The notes beneath the pieces are model-generated. The model did not search any database. It was not told where the DNA came from and saw only the letters and a list, made by a program, of their open reading frames with translations. Below are positions 45,617 to 58,865 of a DNA stretch of 64,000 nucleotides, in pieces; position 1 is the first letter of the stretch; each line of letters starts with the position of its first letter. Source of the DNA: Thraustochytrium aureum (lineage: Eukaryota); assembly GCA_012862495.1 (NCBI GenBank), contig BLSG01000402.1, positions 185,701 to 249,700 on the forward strand. The letters run 5' to 3'. A program made the position numbers and the translations under genes.

Positions 45617-46308
45617 GGCGACGTGCGGGGCGGCCGCGCGGGACGCTCGGCTGCGGCGGACGCAAGGCTTCGTGGAAGGTGGCGCCGGCCGAGGCGGCGG
45701 CCGCGTCGGGCGTGGAGCCGAGGCCTGGGAAGGGTTTGGGCCGAGGCAGCAAAGGCAGCAAAGGCCTCGTGGGGCGGCTGGGCGCCACGTGGCCGGCCCA
45801 CGGGCGAGGCTGGCGAAGGAGCCGCTGCACGGCGATCTGCGGCGGTGGACGCTGGCCTTCTGGCTGGCCTGCTTGGCGACATGGAAGGGGCGCACGCCGG
45901 CACCGACGCGGACAGCCTCGAGGAGCGGCTGCGCGAGATGGAGATTTACGAGGAGAGCGAGCAAGCCTCCGCGGCAGGAGCGCACTTGCGGCACACTAAT
46001 CGGCAGGCTGGTAGCAGCGTAGATATTGAAGGCAGCGAGGACGGGGAGGCGGGCGCGCGGGGCGACACCTCCGCCGATCTGGACCGCGACGACGCGAGCT
46101 CCTTCGCAGGAGACGAGAACGCCGTCGTCGAAGGGTTCATGTCCAACCTCGACGACGACGGTGCAAGCGAATGCGGGCCGTCCAGCGCGAGCCTCAAGAA
46201 ATCGGGCATCCGGTCGGGCGGCAGCGAAGAGGACGAGGACGAGGAGGGCGACAAGGATACCGACGACCCCAGGAGCAGTCCACGTCGCCGCCCAGGAGCC
46301 AGCGGGAT

Positions 46309-46341
<33 letters not shown>

Positions 46342-47531
46342 TAGGCGTGCTGGCAAGGACGCGTCGCCAGGGCCAGCGGGACCTGCCGTCTCAGGCGCCC
46401 CAGGGGGAGGCCGCCTAGCAGGGCGACACAGCGAGAGGGAGGAAAGTGTGGGAGGAGAGCGCAGACCGCGTCGAGGGGCGCCGAGTAATTGCGCATTTTC
46501 TTCGAGGGTGCACATGTTACGAGATCACTCCGGAAAGCAGCAAAGTGGTCGTGTTCGACCGCAACATCCCAATTAGGCTGTCGTACTACGCCCTGGTCGA
46601 GCACGAGATCGGAGCTGCGCCACTGTGGGATCCGCTCTCGCAGAGGCTCTCAGGGATCATCACGACGCTCGACTTTATCGAGATGCTGCGCTACGGGCAC
46701 CACACCAACAGCGTGCTGGAAATTCTCGACAGTCATTCGGTAGCGTCATGGCGCAGCTTGGTCGCGCAGCTCTGCGAGGCGCCCGAGCTGGCCGCGTCGC
46801 TGATCGAGGCCGGCATGCCCGCCGTCGCGGCGGCGTCGATGGCGGCCGAGGTCGAGTCCGGGCGCCCCAACTCGCCGTACACGCAGCCGCAACAGGCCGC
46901 CACATACATGGCCCCTGACGACTCGCTTTTCGATGCATGCTGCAAGCTCAAAGAGAAAGGCATGCACTGGCTCCCTATTGTCGACGTGGCCGAGCAGATT
47001 TGCCTCGGCGTCATCACGCACTTGGCCGTCCTGCAGTACCTCGTCACAAACTTTGTGGAGAACCGGATGCTCTTCGAGCAGCCCATGGCCGAGCTGCGCA
47101 TTGGCACCTTTGCCTCGCCCGACCGCACCTTGATCACAGCGACGCTCGACACAAAGGTGCACAAGATCCTCGACATGCTCAGCCTCAGCCGTATCTCTTG
47201 CGTGCCCATCCTCGACACGGCTGGCAAGCCCGTCGCCGTGTACGCGCGCACAAACGTGATCGACCTCGTCTCGCACAACTCGGTCGAAAACAGTCTCGAC
47301 CTGTCGCTTGGCAACCTCATATTTGGGCCTGACGAGGAGCACGACGAGGAAGACCTCGCGCGGGAGATGCCGGAGCGGATGCGCCTGCACACCTGCAAGG
47401 TCACCGACACCTTGCAGCAGGTTTTCATCAAGTTCGCGGAGGTGCGGGTGCACCGCCTCCTCTACGTCGACGACGAGGGATACCTCAAGGGGATAGTCTC
47501 GCTCTCTGACCTGCTCTCCTACTTTTTGTGA
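45617..47531 (+). CDS. SNF4: AMPK/SNF1 gamma subunit (CBS domains) with disordered N-terminus; frameshift near 46444; true start probably upstream of or in the gap
   Basis: TCYEITPESSKVVVFD, AAPLWD, GIITTLDFI, LRIGTF, ISCVPI, VHRLLYVDDEGYLKGIVSLSDLL; extra A in GGAAAGTG joins the upstream ORF. Confidence 0.88.
46309..46339 (+). repeat. (AGC)10 microsatellite encoding poly-Ser
   Basis: Direct reading. Confidence 0.95.
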
Positions 47532-47677
47532 CTCTGATCACAATCGCTCTAGTACGAGGCGCGGACATGGCGCTTGACGTTTGCGCTTGCGACCGCCGGT
47601 TCCGGGCCGGGGCGCTCGCTGGCCTCTTCGGAGCAGCGCGCTCGTTGGGTCTGGGTCTGCCCGGGAGTGCGCGAGTC

Positions 47678-48171
47678 CTTGCGTCGCCGCGACAGCTCTT
47701 TTGCTTGACTCAAATCGCCGTTCCCACTTTGTATGCGGTACCACTACCTGAAAACGACCGAATTTTGTTTGCTTGCGTCGCCGCGACAGCTCTTTTGCTT
47801 GACTCAACTCGCCGTTCCCACNNNNNNNNNNNNNNNNNNNNNNNNNNNNNNNNNNNNNNNNNNNNNNNNNNNNNNNNNNNNNNNNNNNNNNNNNNNNNNN
47901 NNNNNNNNNNNNNNNNNNNNNNNNNNNNNNNNNNNNNNNNNNNNNNNNNNNNNNNNNNNNNNNNNNNNNNNNNNNNNNNNNNNNNNNNNNNNNNNNNNNN
48001 NNNNNNNNNNNNNNNNNNNNNNNNNNNNNNNNNNNNNNNNNNNNNNNNNNNNNNNNNNNNNNNNNNNNNNNNNNNNNNNNNNNNNNNNNNNNNNNNNNNN
48101 NNNNNNNNNNNNNNNNNNNNNNNNNNNNNNNNNNNNNNNNNNNNNNNNNNNNNNNNNNNNNNNNTTGCGTC
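47678..48171. repeat. 94-bp period tandem repeat collapsed into a gap
   Basis: CTTGCGTCGCCGCGACAGCTCTTTTGCTTGACTCAA.TCGCCGTTCCCAC at 47678 and 47772; TTGCGTC resumes after the gap. Confidence 0.75.
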
Positions 48172-48323
48172 TTGCTACTTGCGTGTTCCACTGCAGCCTC
48201 GCCGCAGCGCAGATCGCCAAACGCGGCGCTTCAGTAAACTGCGAGCGACGGCGTGGGGCTCGGATCCTTGCTTCACTCGAAGAGCGAGCGGAGCCGGGCC
48301 AATCGGCTGCTCCAGCCACAGGC

Positions 48324-50174
<1,851 letters not shown>

Positions 50175-50437
50175 GTTTGGAGGTCCTTGCTCGCCGGGGA
50201 CTTGGGCACGGCGCGCTCGGGGCCCCGGCTGGGCAAGTCGACTGGAGCAGCGGGCCGCGCGAGGCACGAGCTGGTTTCTCCAGCGTGTACGTTTTTGTCT
50301 CGCTTTCGACAGAGTTTGGTTGGTTTCTTTGTTCACACTAGCGAAGGTCACGGTTTGCCAAGCTTGCTCTCTCTCGTCTCTCTCTACTAGAGAGCTAGTC
50401 GCTGGAGAGAGCTACAGCTTGGCTGGTGGTGGGCTAT

Positions 50438-51418
50438 CTACACAGCGGCTCGAGTTGACAGCGCGCGGCCCAGGCCAAGCGAGCTCGCGCCACCGAAATT
50501 GCTGACCGTGCGGAACGGCGAAGTTGCGAGCACGCGCGCGCGCTCGATGTCGCGAACTGTCTGCGGACGGTCGGCTTTGTGCGCGGGCACGCTCGAGAGT
50601 TCTAACGAGAGACTCAGGCCATCCCTTTCATACGCAAAGTCTGACGGCACCTCGAGCGTATCGCCGTCAAAGTCGAGGTCGAGGTCTTCGTCATCAACGA
50701 TGGCGTCAAAGTCGATAATCTCGGTTGACGAGGTGCGGCGCGTCTTGACGTACGAGGAGTGCGAGAGGCCGAGCTCGCGTATCCGTTTCCTGTGCCGCAA
50801 GAGAGCGAGGAGTCGCAACCCCTGGATGACGTACCGAGCCACCAGCAGTGCCCAGGAGAGGAGCTCGTCCATCTCCTCCGAGACTGAGAGCGAGCGGTGG
50901 CGACTTGTCATGACAATCGACAAGGTGCACAGGCAGAGGACGACGAACTCGAACCAGTTCGAGTACCTCCGGCAGTACTTTGTCCCCTGCGTCATGATGC
51001 GCGTCAGAACCTCGAGGCCCAAAAGCACCGTCACGAAGATCTCGAGCCCTAAAAAACTCTCCGACACGGCTTCGCCGCCATTCATGACAAGCCAGATCAG
51101 CATGACGACGTTGAGCACGACCATGACGCCGTAGAGCACCGCGTACGCCTTGCTAAAGTAAACGCGGTTGGCCACAAGGTGCACAAACTCAAACAGCCCA
51201 ACTCGCAGCTCGCGCCTGCGAGCTTCCGCGGCGAGCCGCCCCGACGCGTCGTCAGCGCGGACCACGAGGCGGGGCCGCGTCTCCAACGGTGCAGAACTTC
51301 CCAAGCTGCTCGCGCTGCTGGACCTGCTCAGCTGACCGTCCCCCCCTGCGAGCCGAAACGATCCCTCATCCTCTAGGCGGCTCCCTACCGGCCCGTCGGC
51401 GCCGTCATCGCCGAGCAT
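50438..51418 (-). CDS. Four-helix voltage-sensor-like domain protein without a pore domain
   Basis: S1 MVVLNVVMLI, S2 LEIFVTVLLGLEVLTRI, S3 NWFEFVVL, S4 ARYVIQGLRLLALLRHRKR; acidic tail. Confidence 0.75.
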   Translation of the reverse strand: MLGDDGADGPVGSRLEDEGSFRLAGGDGQLSRSSSASSLGSSAPLETRPRLVVRADDASGRLAAEARRRELRVGLFEFVHLVANRVYFSKAYAVLYGVMVVLNVVMLIWLVMNGGEAVSESFLGLEIFVTVLLGLEVLTRIMTQGTKYCRRYSNWFEFVVLCLCTLSIVMTSRHRSLSVSEEMDELLSWALLVARYVIQGLRLLALLRHRKRIRELGLSHSSYVKTRRTSSTEIIDFDAIVDDEDLDLDFDGDTLEVPSDFAYERDGLSLSLELSSVPAHKADRPQTVRDIERARVLATSPFRTVSNFGGASSLGLGRALSTRAAV

Positions 51419-51717
51419 CGTCTCAGGTGGCGCACCGCCGGCTCGCCACGACTCGGAACAGAGACCGACTCAACCTGGGCCCGAAAACCGTCGTAATCTG
51501 CGAGGCAGAGGGCCGCCTGGACCCTGTGCCGAGCCCGAGCGACAAGAAGCGATACGCGAGCGCCCGTACGGCAGCCCAGTCGACCGGCCTGGCCCGCCCG
51601 ATGCGGCTGAGGCCCTGCGACTGCGCGTCCGAAGGCAGACTGGCCACGTCTCCGGCCGCCGAAAGTCAATCGCCAGCAACAAATCGCCATTTACGGTGTC
51701 TCCGTCGCCCGGTCTGC

Positions 51718-51871
51718 TAGGTGCGCGCTTGTCCCTGTGAATAGCCGACCCAGGCGCGTGCGCGTGTTTCTGTGAACGCCGCCCTTAGGTGCGCGCGTGT
51801 TTCCTCCTTCTAATGGGTGCGCGCGTGTCCCTGTGAACTTCGCCTAAGAGTGCGCACGTGTTTCTCTGAAC
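51718..51871. repeat. Five degenerate copies of GTGCGCGYGTGTYYCTGTGAAC
   Basis: Direct reading; spacing ~30-35 bp. Confidence 0.8.
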
Positions 51872-52183
51872 GGTGACCGAGCCGGTAGAGGCCTGTTCGC
51901 TCCGTTCGTGAACAAGCAGGTGCGTGTTTACAGAGCAGAATGCAGTGCAGGCACGCCAGGCAGCAGAGCAGCANNNNNNNNNNNNNNNNNNNNNNNNNNN
52001 NNNNNNNNNNNNNNNNNNNNNNNNNNNNNNNNNNNNNNNNNNNNNNNNNNNNNNNNNNNNNNNNNNNNNNNNNNNNNNNNNNNNNNNNNNNNNNNNNNNN
52101 NNNNNNNNNNNNNNNNNNNNNNNNNNNNNNNNNNNNNNNNNNNNNNNNNNNNNNNNNNNNNNNNNNNNNNNNNNCAGCAGCAG

Positions 52184-52223
<40 letters not shown>

Positions 52224-52465
52224 TGCGCTGTGGCGCTGAGGAGGAGGGCGGGCGCGGCTGCTGCAGGCGACGTGCGGCTGTCGTTTTCTCGCGCACGGTT
52301 TTCGGCTGCCACGCGGCGCGCCGGCTTGACGCCCGCTCGCTGTGCTGCCTGTTCCGGCTCGGCCCGTGCTGGACGAGCGCCTGGCCGGCGAGGGAGCGCC
52401 TGGCCTGACGCGGCAGAGGGCGGCGCGCCGCTGGTGGGCCTGACACGGCATGGTCAGCTCGCTTT

Positions 52466-53738
52466 ATGTCCGCAAGTGACTCGCGCGGGCCTGAGTCGCG
52501 GTCGGTCAGGGCGCCTGGGACGCCTCCTGACGAATCGCGCGGGAATATCGCGCCGGGCCCGAGGCGGCGAATGGGAGGCGCTGATCGGGACCACATCGCG
52601 CTCACTCGGCGCGACAGGGCGGGCAGCCGGAGCGGAGAGGCCGGCGCAGCGAAAGAGAGCTGCAACGGCCGATCCAGCCCAAAGGAGAGCGGCAAAGTCT
52701 TGCTGATCCGGCGCAGCAGCGAGTCCGACATGATGGGCGGCGCACATGCCGCTGGGCGGAGCGTGCAGCTCGTTCTGCTCGCCGCGGCCCTCGCACTCTC
52801 TGTCCACAGCATTTACTACATCCGGTTGCTGCTCTCTGGTCCCACGCCGTTCGATCTCGGCTCCGCTAGCTGGACCGACCAGGTCTTGCTCGTGTGGTGC
52901 TCCGGCTGGATTACCGCGGCGAGCACCGGGCTCGGGACTCTGCCCTTCCTCTGCTTCACCAAGCCGAGCGGGAATGCTGTCGCTGCATGCAATGCCATCG
53001 CCGCAGGCATGATGATGGCCGCTTCCATCGGCCTGGTTGCCGAGGGGTGTCTGGAGGAAACGACGCCAGAGACGGTTATGCTCCCAGCGCTTCGGGTCTT
53101 GTTTGGTTTGTACCTTGGCGTGGCCTTCGTGAAGGGATCTTCGCACTTTTTGGGGAACGACGAGCCAACAGACCTCCTTGCGGCGCCAGGTCTCAACACG
53201 CGCCGGGTTCTGATTATTATGGCGGTCATGACGCTGCACAGTTTTTCTGAAGGCGTCGGTATTGGGGGTAAGTTGTCACCTGCAGCCTGCTGCGGACGTG
53301 TGGGAGGTGGTGGTCTGATGCGAGCCCAGCTGACCGCCGCATTGTCGCGCTGCAGTTTCGTACCACTCCCAATCGCTCGGCGGCTTTGTTAGCGCCACCT
53401 TGGCCATCCACAATATCCCAGAGGGCTTGGCAATCGCTATTGTCCTCATCCCCCGCGGCTTTTCGCTGCTGTCAACGACCTTGTGGTGCATCTTCTCGAG
53501 CCTGCCGCAGCCGCTCATGGCCGTTCCCGCTTACTTGTTCACGCAGCAGTTCAAGTTTGTGCTGCCGATCGGGCTTGGCCTTGCTGGCGGCGCCATGGGG
53601 GTCGTCGTGCTGACGGAGCTCCTTCCCGAGGCACTCGAGGCGCTTCCCGCGGTCAAGGTTTACACTATCGCTTTCCTTTCTATGCTCTTCATGGGCTTGG
53701 CACAAGTGCTGATTCGCGAGTCCTCGCTCTTCCTGTAG
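52466..53738 (+). CDS. ZIP (ZupT/GufA-like) metal transporter, copy 2; intron 53268-53355
   Basis: MTLHSFSEGVGIG|VSYHSQSLGGFVSATLAIHNIPEG after splicing an 88-bp GTAAGT..CAG intron; collinear with copy 1. Confidence 0.92.
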
Positions 53739-54330
53739 AGTGCTGCTGCTTTCCTCCTCCTCCATCGTCAACACAATCTGAACTGCGTTTTTCATTGTAG
53801 GCAGGGCTGGCCTGCGCCAGCTGTAGTAGACCTCTAGCTAGCTAGAGCAAGTAGAGATGTCTGCGGAGATTGTTGTAGACTATTAGAGAATGTCTGCACA
53901 GATAGATCGTGGAGCCATTCTGGCAGACCAGAAGGAGCATTAACAAAGGCAGAGTNNNNNNNNNNNNNNNNNNNNNNNNNNNNNNNNNNNNNNNNNNNNN
54001 NNNNNNNNNNNNNNNNNNNNNNNNNNNNNNNNNNNNNNNNNNNNNNNNNNNNNNNNNNNNNNNNNNNNNNNNNNNNNNNNNNNNNNNNNNNNNNNNNNNN
54101 NNNNNNNNNNNNNNNNNNNNNNNNNNNNNCTCAATCTCATTTCGCGCTGCGGGCCAGCGCGATCAAGTTTACACAGCGTCGGCCGCGCTACAGCATGGTT
54201 CACGGGCGGATAGGCAAAGTCGCGACCACCTAAAGGCAATACTTGTGGCTCCTCGCCGATTGCAGAGCCGCTGACGGCCGCGCTTCAGTATGTATGTAGA
54301 GTACCGGCGGATTGACAAAGATGCGACCGT

Positions 54331-56305
54331 CTAGAGCGATGTTTGCGGCTCTGCGCCGCTCCCCGCGCGAGGGCTGTGCCTTCTGTCGTCATCTCCGCGG
54401 GGCTGCGGCTTGTCCTCGAGGCCGCCTTGACCCTCGTCCCGGAGCGGCAGCGAATGCTGTAGCTTGGACTCATCGACAGAGCTTGCGGCTTGCGTCAGCG
54501 CGCCGGCACTTGGTTCCGAGCCCAGTGCAGCCGCGGCAAGGGACTGCGTTTGCCGCGGCTTGCCGCCTAGCGCAGTCGACAAGGACTCCAGCGGCACGGC
54601 CTTGGCTTGGCTGGCCCCACCAGCTGCCCGAGCTGGGCCAGCCACCTTACCAGCGCGCACGACGCGTTCAAATACAAGGTATTCGCGGACGGCTACCTCG
54701 AGCTGGTGCTGTCGCTGGCGAGACCACCAGCCCAAAGCACCTGTGGAGGACGGCGGCGCTGGCTCGTAAGCCTCAAAGCTGGGTCCACCGGCGTCGGCCC
54801 TGGAGTCGGAATGAGTTTTGCGCGCTTTGCTCGGGTTTCAACAAGCGCGGCCTGCACCGAGACGCCCTCTGGGAACGCGCTCAGGTGTCGCTCTACGGCA
54901 CCGATATCTTGAAAAAGCGGCTTGCACCAGCGAAAAGCCAGAACGCCATAGGCGCAAGTTCGCGTCATACTCGGAACCCACACTTTGCGGCAGCAGAGCG
55001 GCGGGATGACCGCCGCACGGTTCGGAAGCCACGAAACCAGCAAGGTCGTCAAAATGACCAGGTTGACAAGCGCGGCGACAAAATTGAGCCCAGCAGCCTC
55101 CAGCATCACGCCAGTGCACGATTCGGCTCGTTCACTAGTCGACTGGCTGGCTCGATTCCCCTCGAAAATGACCACCCGCACGTCGTGCACAAGGAGCAGC
55201 AAAGCCAGGAAAGTGACCAGGGCCACCCGGAGAGACTGGTGCGACTGAATCGGGGCGCCCTTGTGGTTTGGGGACAGCGCGCTCGAATAAGAGACAAAAC
55301 TAAGCACGAGAGAGGTGAGGGGGATGGCTGTGCTGCACCACACCAGGTAGGCGATGAGAAAGTAGAGCGAGCCTTGGCACCACGATTCGCTCTGGACAGG
55401 GACCAGCAGGACCGTCGCGGCCTCGCCCAGCACGATGATGCTGCTGAGAATGCCGATCCCAACGACAGCGGATACGCACGCTGCTATCCTCGTGCATTTT
55501 TTGGATTCTTGGCGGCGACGGGACTCCAGTTCGCTCAAGAGCGCCATATGCTGGGCGTGCGGGCTCTTTCCGTCCCACTCCTGTGTAATGTAATCTCGTC
55601 GGTCCTCCTCATCAAGTCGTAGGGTCTTGTAGTACATTTCACCCGAGCCAACGGCGACTTGGGCGATGGCTCGGATCTCGCTCATGCGCTCGCGCGCGAG
55701 CTGCGCTACTTCGGGTTCATGGCTTTCTGCAAGCTCTTGCACTTCGATGATCGAGCGCTGGATGATCACGTCCATGTAAGGGGAGTACGTGTCGGGCCTC
55801 GTCAGCATACGCTGCAAGCTATGCAGGGCGTCGCAGACCTCGTCCACCTTTTCGGCGCGCAGGCGTGCACGATGTTCATTAGCCGCTCCCAGACCTCCGA
55901 GTCGACCTCAAACTCCTTTTCGTAGTATGGGAGGCGGTCGAGCTCGAGCGGTGTTTTGGCGCGCCGCAAGCTTGGCGGAACCAGCGCCGATGCAATTTCG
56001 CGGGCCGCCTCGACGTTGGGGCCTCCAGTACCCTTCATGCTACCGTTTCCCTCCGTGCGCCCACGCGCCTCCACATCGTTGTCTGGCGCGATTCTCCGTC
56101 CATCCAGGCTCTCCGTTTCGACCAAGCCAAGATCCACCGAGAGTCCCCTGTCCTTCGCCTCAAACTCGCTATCCATCAGGGCGCCGTTGCCATCCGTTTC
56201 CCACTCGCTCTCGCCGCTCCATTCCTCTCCGCGCCGTGTCCCGTCCAGAGTCAGGCCGCCGCCGCGCGCATTTCGCGGGTCGGCCTCGGTCATCTCGACC
56301 TCCAT
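54331..56305 (-). CDS. Hypothetical multi-pass membrane protein, frameshift near 55851 and possibly a second near 54750-54850
   Basis: ORF pieces 55802-56305, 54693-55847 (4 TM helices) and 54331-54735; no family recognised. Confidence 0.55.
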
Positions 56306-56726
56306 CCAACTCGAGCTGCGACCAGAACAAACAACCTCTGGCACTTGCAGCGACGAGCAGCAGCGACAGGCAGCGAGTAGCCGAGCGCGCTCCAGCCGTC
56401 GCGGGGCGCCCAGCGGCAGAAGCGCGCTCGCAAGCAGCAGCAGCTCCTGCAGGCGCGCCGCAACGTCGCCGCCCTCAACGCCTGCCTGCTCTCTTCGCGA
56501 TTCTGTCCTACCTCCGTTCCTGCCGCCGCCGTGGAGCGCGTGGTCGTGCGGTTGGTTGAGCTTGTGATGGTGGTGGTTGGCAGGCGGCTGCGGGCAGGGC
56601 GCTCGAGGACCGGGTCGCCTGGTCGCGCGCCTGGCAAGCCCTGCGGGCTGTGGTTTTTTGTTCTTGCGATGAGGTTGGCCAAGTGACGAAGACCACCGCC
56701 TGGACAACCGGTAGGTGGTCCAGGCA

Positions 56727-57333
56727 GCACCGCAGCACGCAGGCCATTGCGCTCTCTCTCGCGCGGCAGGATGCCACGAACGCCAAGCGGACGCCAAGCG
56801 AACGCCAAGCGAACGCGAACCCAACAAGCAATTGAGTTTCGTTGTTTTGCTTTTTAAAATGACAGCCGCCAGCGGCACAGATAGTGAATACCTGCGGCAC
56901 CACAGCACGCANNNNNNNNNNNNNNNNNNNNNNNNNNNNNNNNNNNNNNNNNNNNNNNNNNNNNNNNNNNNNNNNNNNNNNNNNNNNNNNNNNNNNNNNN
57001 NNNNNNNNNNNNNNNNNNNNNNNNNNNNNNNNNNNNNNNNNNNNNNNNNNNNNNNNNNNNNNNNNNNNNNNNNNNNNNNNNNNNNNNNNNNNNNNNNNNN
57101 NNNNNNNNNNNNNNNNNNNNNNNNNNNNNNNNNNNNNNNNNNCGAACGCCAAGCGGACGCCAAGCGAACACCTTTCGATGTTTTCTATTTGCAAGAAACA
57201 CGCATCAGGAGATTTAAAGACATTCTCGAGGCCGCCAGCGGACCAGATAGTGAATACCTGCGGCACCACAGCACGCAGGCCATCACGAATGCGCTCTCGC
57301 GCGGCAGGATGCCACGAACGCCAAGCGGACGCC
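56727..57333. repeat. ~170-185 bp unit repeat array with conserved GC-rich block and variable AT-rich segment
   Basis: GCCGCCAGCGG..CAGATAGTGAATACCTGCGGCACCACAGCACGCAGGCCAT...GCGCGGCAGGATGCCACGAACGCCAAGCGGACGCC recurs on both sides of the gap. Confidence 0.85.
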
Positions 57334-57669
57334 CCGGCGAACTCACTCGCTCATCCGAAAGTCGACTCGCGAAGGCGAACTAGTTTGGGTTAGGGCGCTG
57401 CGTTGGGTTAGGGTAGAGTTTGAACGAGCAAACGGAGAGCAGCAGCAGACCCCCAAGCGGCGCCCAGACAGACAGCCTGCGCGAGAGGCGCGCGCGCGAC
57501 GCGGCCATCCTTTGACGCTCTCTTGGCGGCTGTGGCGCGGCTGTGGCGCGGCTGTGGCGCGGCGGTGTCAAGGCTGTGCTGCTGACTGTGGCTGGCCCGG
57601 ACTTGCCCGGACTGGCAAAAGTGAGCGGCGAGGCGACGAACGCGCGCACAGACCGCCTGCTGCGAGAGG

Positions 57670-58656
57670 ATGGTGAAGAAGAGGCGGGCGCCCGAATATG
57701 TCACGGATGAGCGCGTGCAAGAGCAACTTCAAAAGCGAAAGCTCAATGCGATCAATGCGGAAGTGACCAAGAGGCAGATCTCCGACGACATTCCTGATAT
57801 GGCCATCACCAAGAACACGCTGGACGAGCTGGACGGGACGTTCCACGACATCAAGAACACAGCGGTTGGCAAGCAGGAGGCCGAAGTCTTCTCGCGGCTG
57901 TCCAAAATAACGATGCGCGGAATTCTCAAGTACTCGAAAGAGGCGCGCCAACACGACTTTGCGTCGTTCCTGGCGCACTTTTTGCGCAAGTACGGCACAG
58001 ACGAGAACGATGAGGTCATCAGGTGGCGAGAAATAGGGATGGACCACGCCGACCTTTTCAACGGCATCCCCAGTGGGTTCTTCCTCTTCGGCTGCATGGA
58101 TATCGCGCCCAAGGTGCACAAGCAGCCGCAAAGGAGGAAGAAGCCCAACGACGAGTTGGTCAAGCCAAACGTTGTGGTGCAGGAGAAGGAAACGGACGCG
58201 AGCGGAAACGTGAAGAAGAAGAAAGAGCACCATGAAATGATGCAGTCCCAAATCCATGACGTCATCACCAAAAGCGAGGCAGCCGTCCCGTTCCTCGAGC
58301 TGGTGACAAACCCCAAGTCGTTCACACAGACCGTAGAAAACATCTTCGAGTACTCGTTCCAGGTCAAGGGCAGCGAGGAGCAGGCCTTCTCGCGAATGTA
58401 CCTAGACGAAGACAAGGTCCCGATGATCACCCCGATCGTTGGCAGAGTGGAGCAGGCGCCCCAGGACGAATCGTCGAGCGAGTCGCCGCGGCGCAAGTCT
58501 GCGAGCGAAGTGGCGGCAGCGCGAAAAGATGTCGGGGAAGGATTCCAAGCTGTTTTGAGTTTTAACATGCAGGACTGGGCTTCCGCTTGCGAGTTGATGA
58601 AGGATGCCCGGCCTTTCATCCCGCATCGGACCGATACCATCTACGAGGACCGCTAG
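57670..58656 (+). CDS. NSE4: NSE4/EID3 kleisin subunit of the SMC5/6 complex
   Basis: PFLELVTNPKSFTQTVENIFEYSFQVK, QAVLSFNMQDW, PFIPHR. Confidence 0.8.
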   Translation: MVKKRRAPEYVTDERVQEQLQKRKLNAINAEVTKRQISDDIPDMAITKNTLDELDGTFHDIKNTAVGKQEAEVFSRLSKITMRGILKYSKEARQHDFASFLAHFLRKYGTDENDEVIRWREIGMDHADLFNGIPSGFFLFGCMDIAPKVHKQPQRRKKPNDELVKPNVVVQEKETDASGNVKKKKEHHEMMQSQIHDVITKSEAAVPFLELVTNPKSFTQTVENIFEYSFQVKGSEEQAFSRMYLDEDKVPMITPIVGRVEQAPQDESSSESPRRKSASEVAAARKDVGEGFQAVLSFNMQDWASACELMKDARPFIPHRTDTIYEDR

Positions 58657-58708
58657 CCGAGGACCGCTAGCCGAGGACAGCTAGCCGCGCACAGCTAGCC
58701 GAGGACCG
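58645..58708. repeat. 14-bp tandem repeat GAGGACCGCTAGCC spanning the NSE4 stop
   Basis: Direct reading, ~4.5 copies. Confidence 0.9.
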
Positions 58709-58865
58709 CGCCGCTCTTGGGCTGGCTCGACCCACAGCTGGGTCGACAAAGGCTCGAACCTGCTGCTTCCGCCTCGGCACAAACCCAAAGTAGAGTGCAA
58801 AGGCCCCGCCAAGACAAACCAAGTACCTCGAGCCCGTTTCTGAGAACTTTCAGAGAAAGGCCCAT

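Noticed and set aside
4095..46450. Programmed ribosomal frameshifting as a genome-wide system
   Set aside because: Mixed +1/-1 directions at varied homopolymers with no common signal; sequencing error is more parsimonious
47678..47821. CRISPR-like repeat-spacer-repeat
   Set aside because: Only two ~50-bp copies before a gap, eukaryotic context and no cas genes; ordinary tandem repeat is more likely
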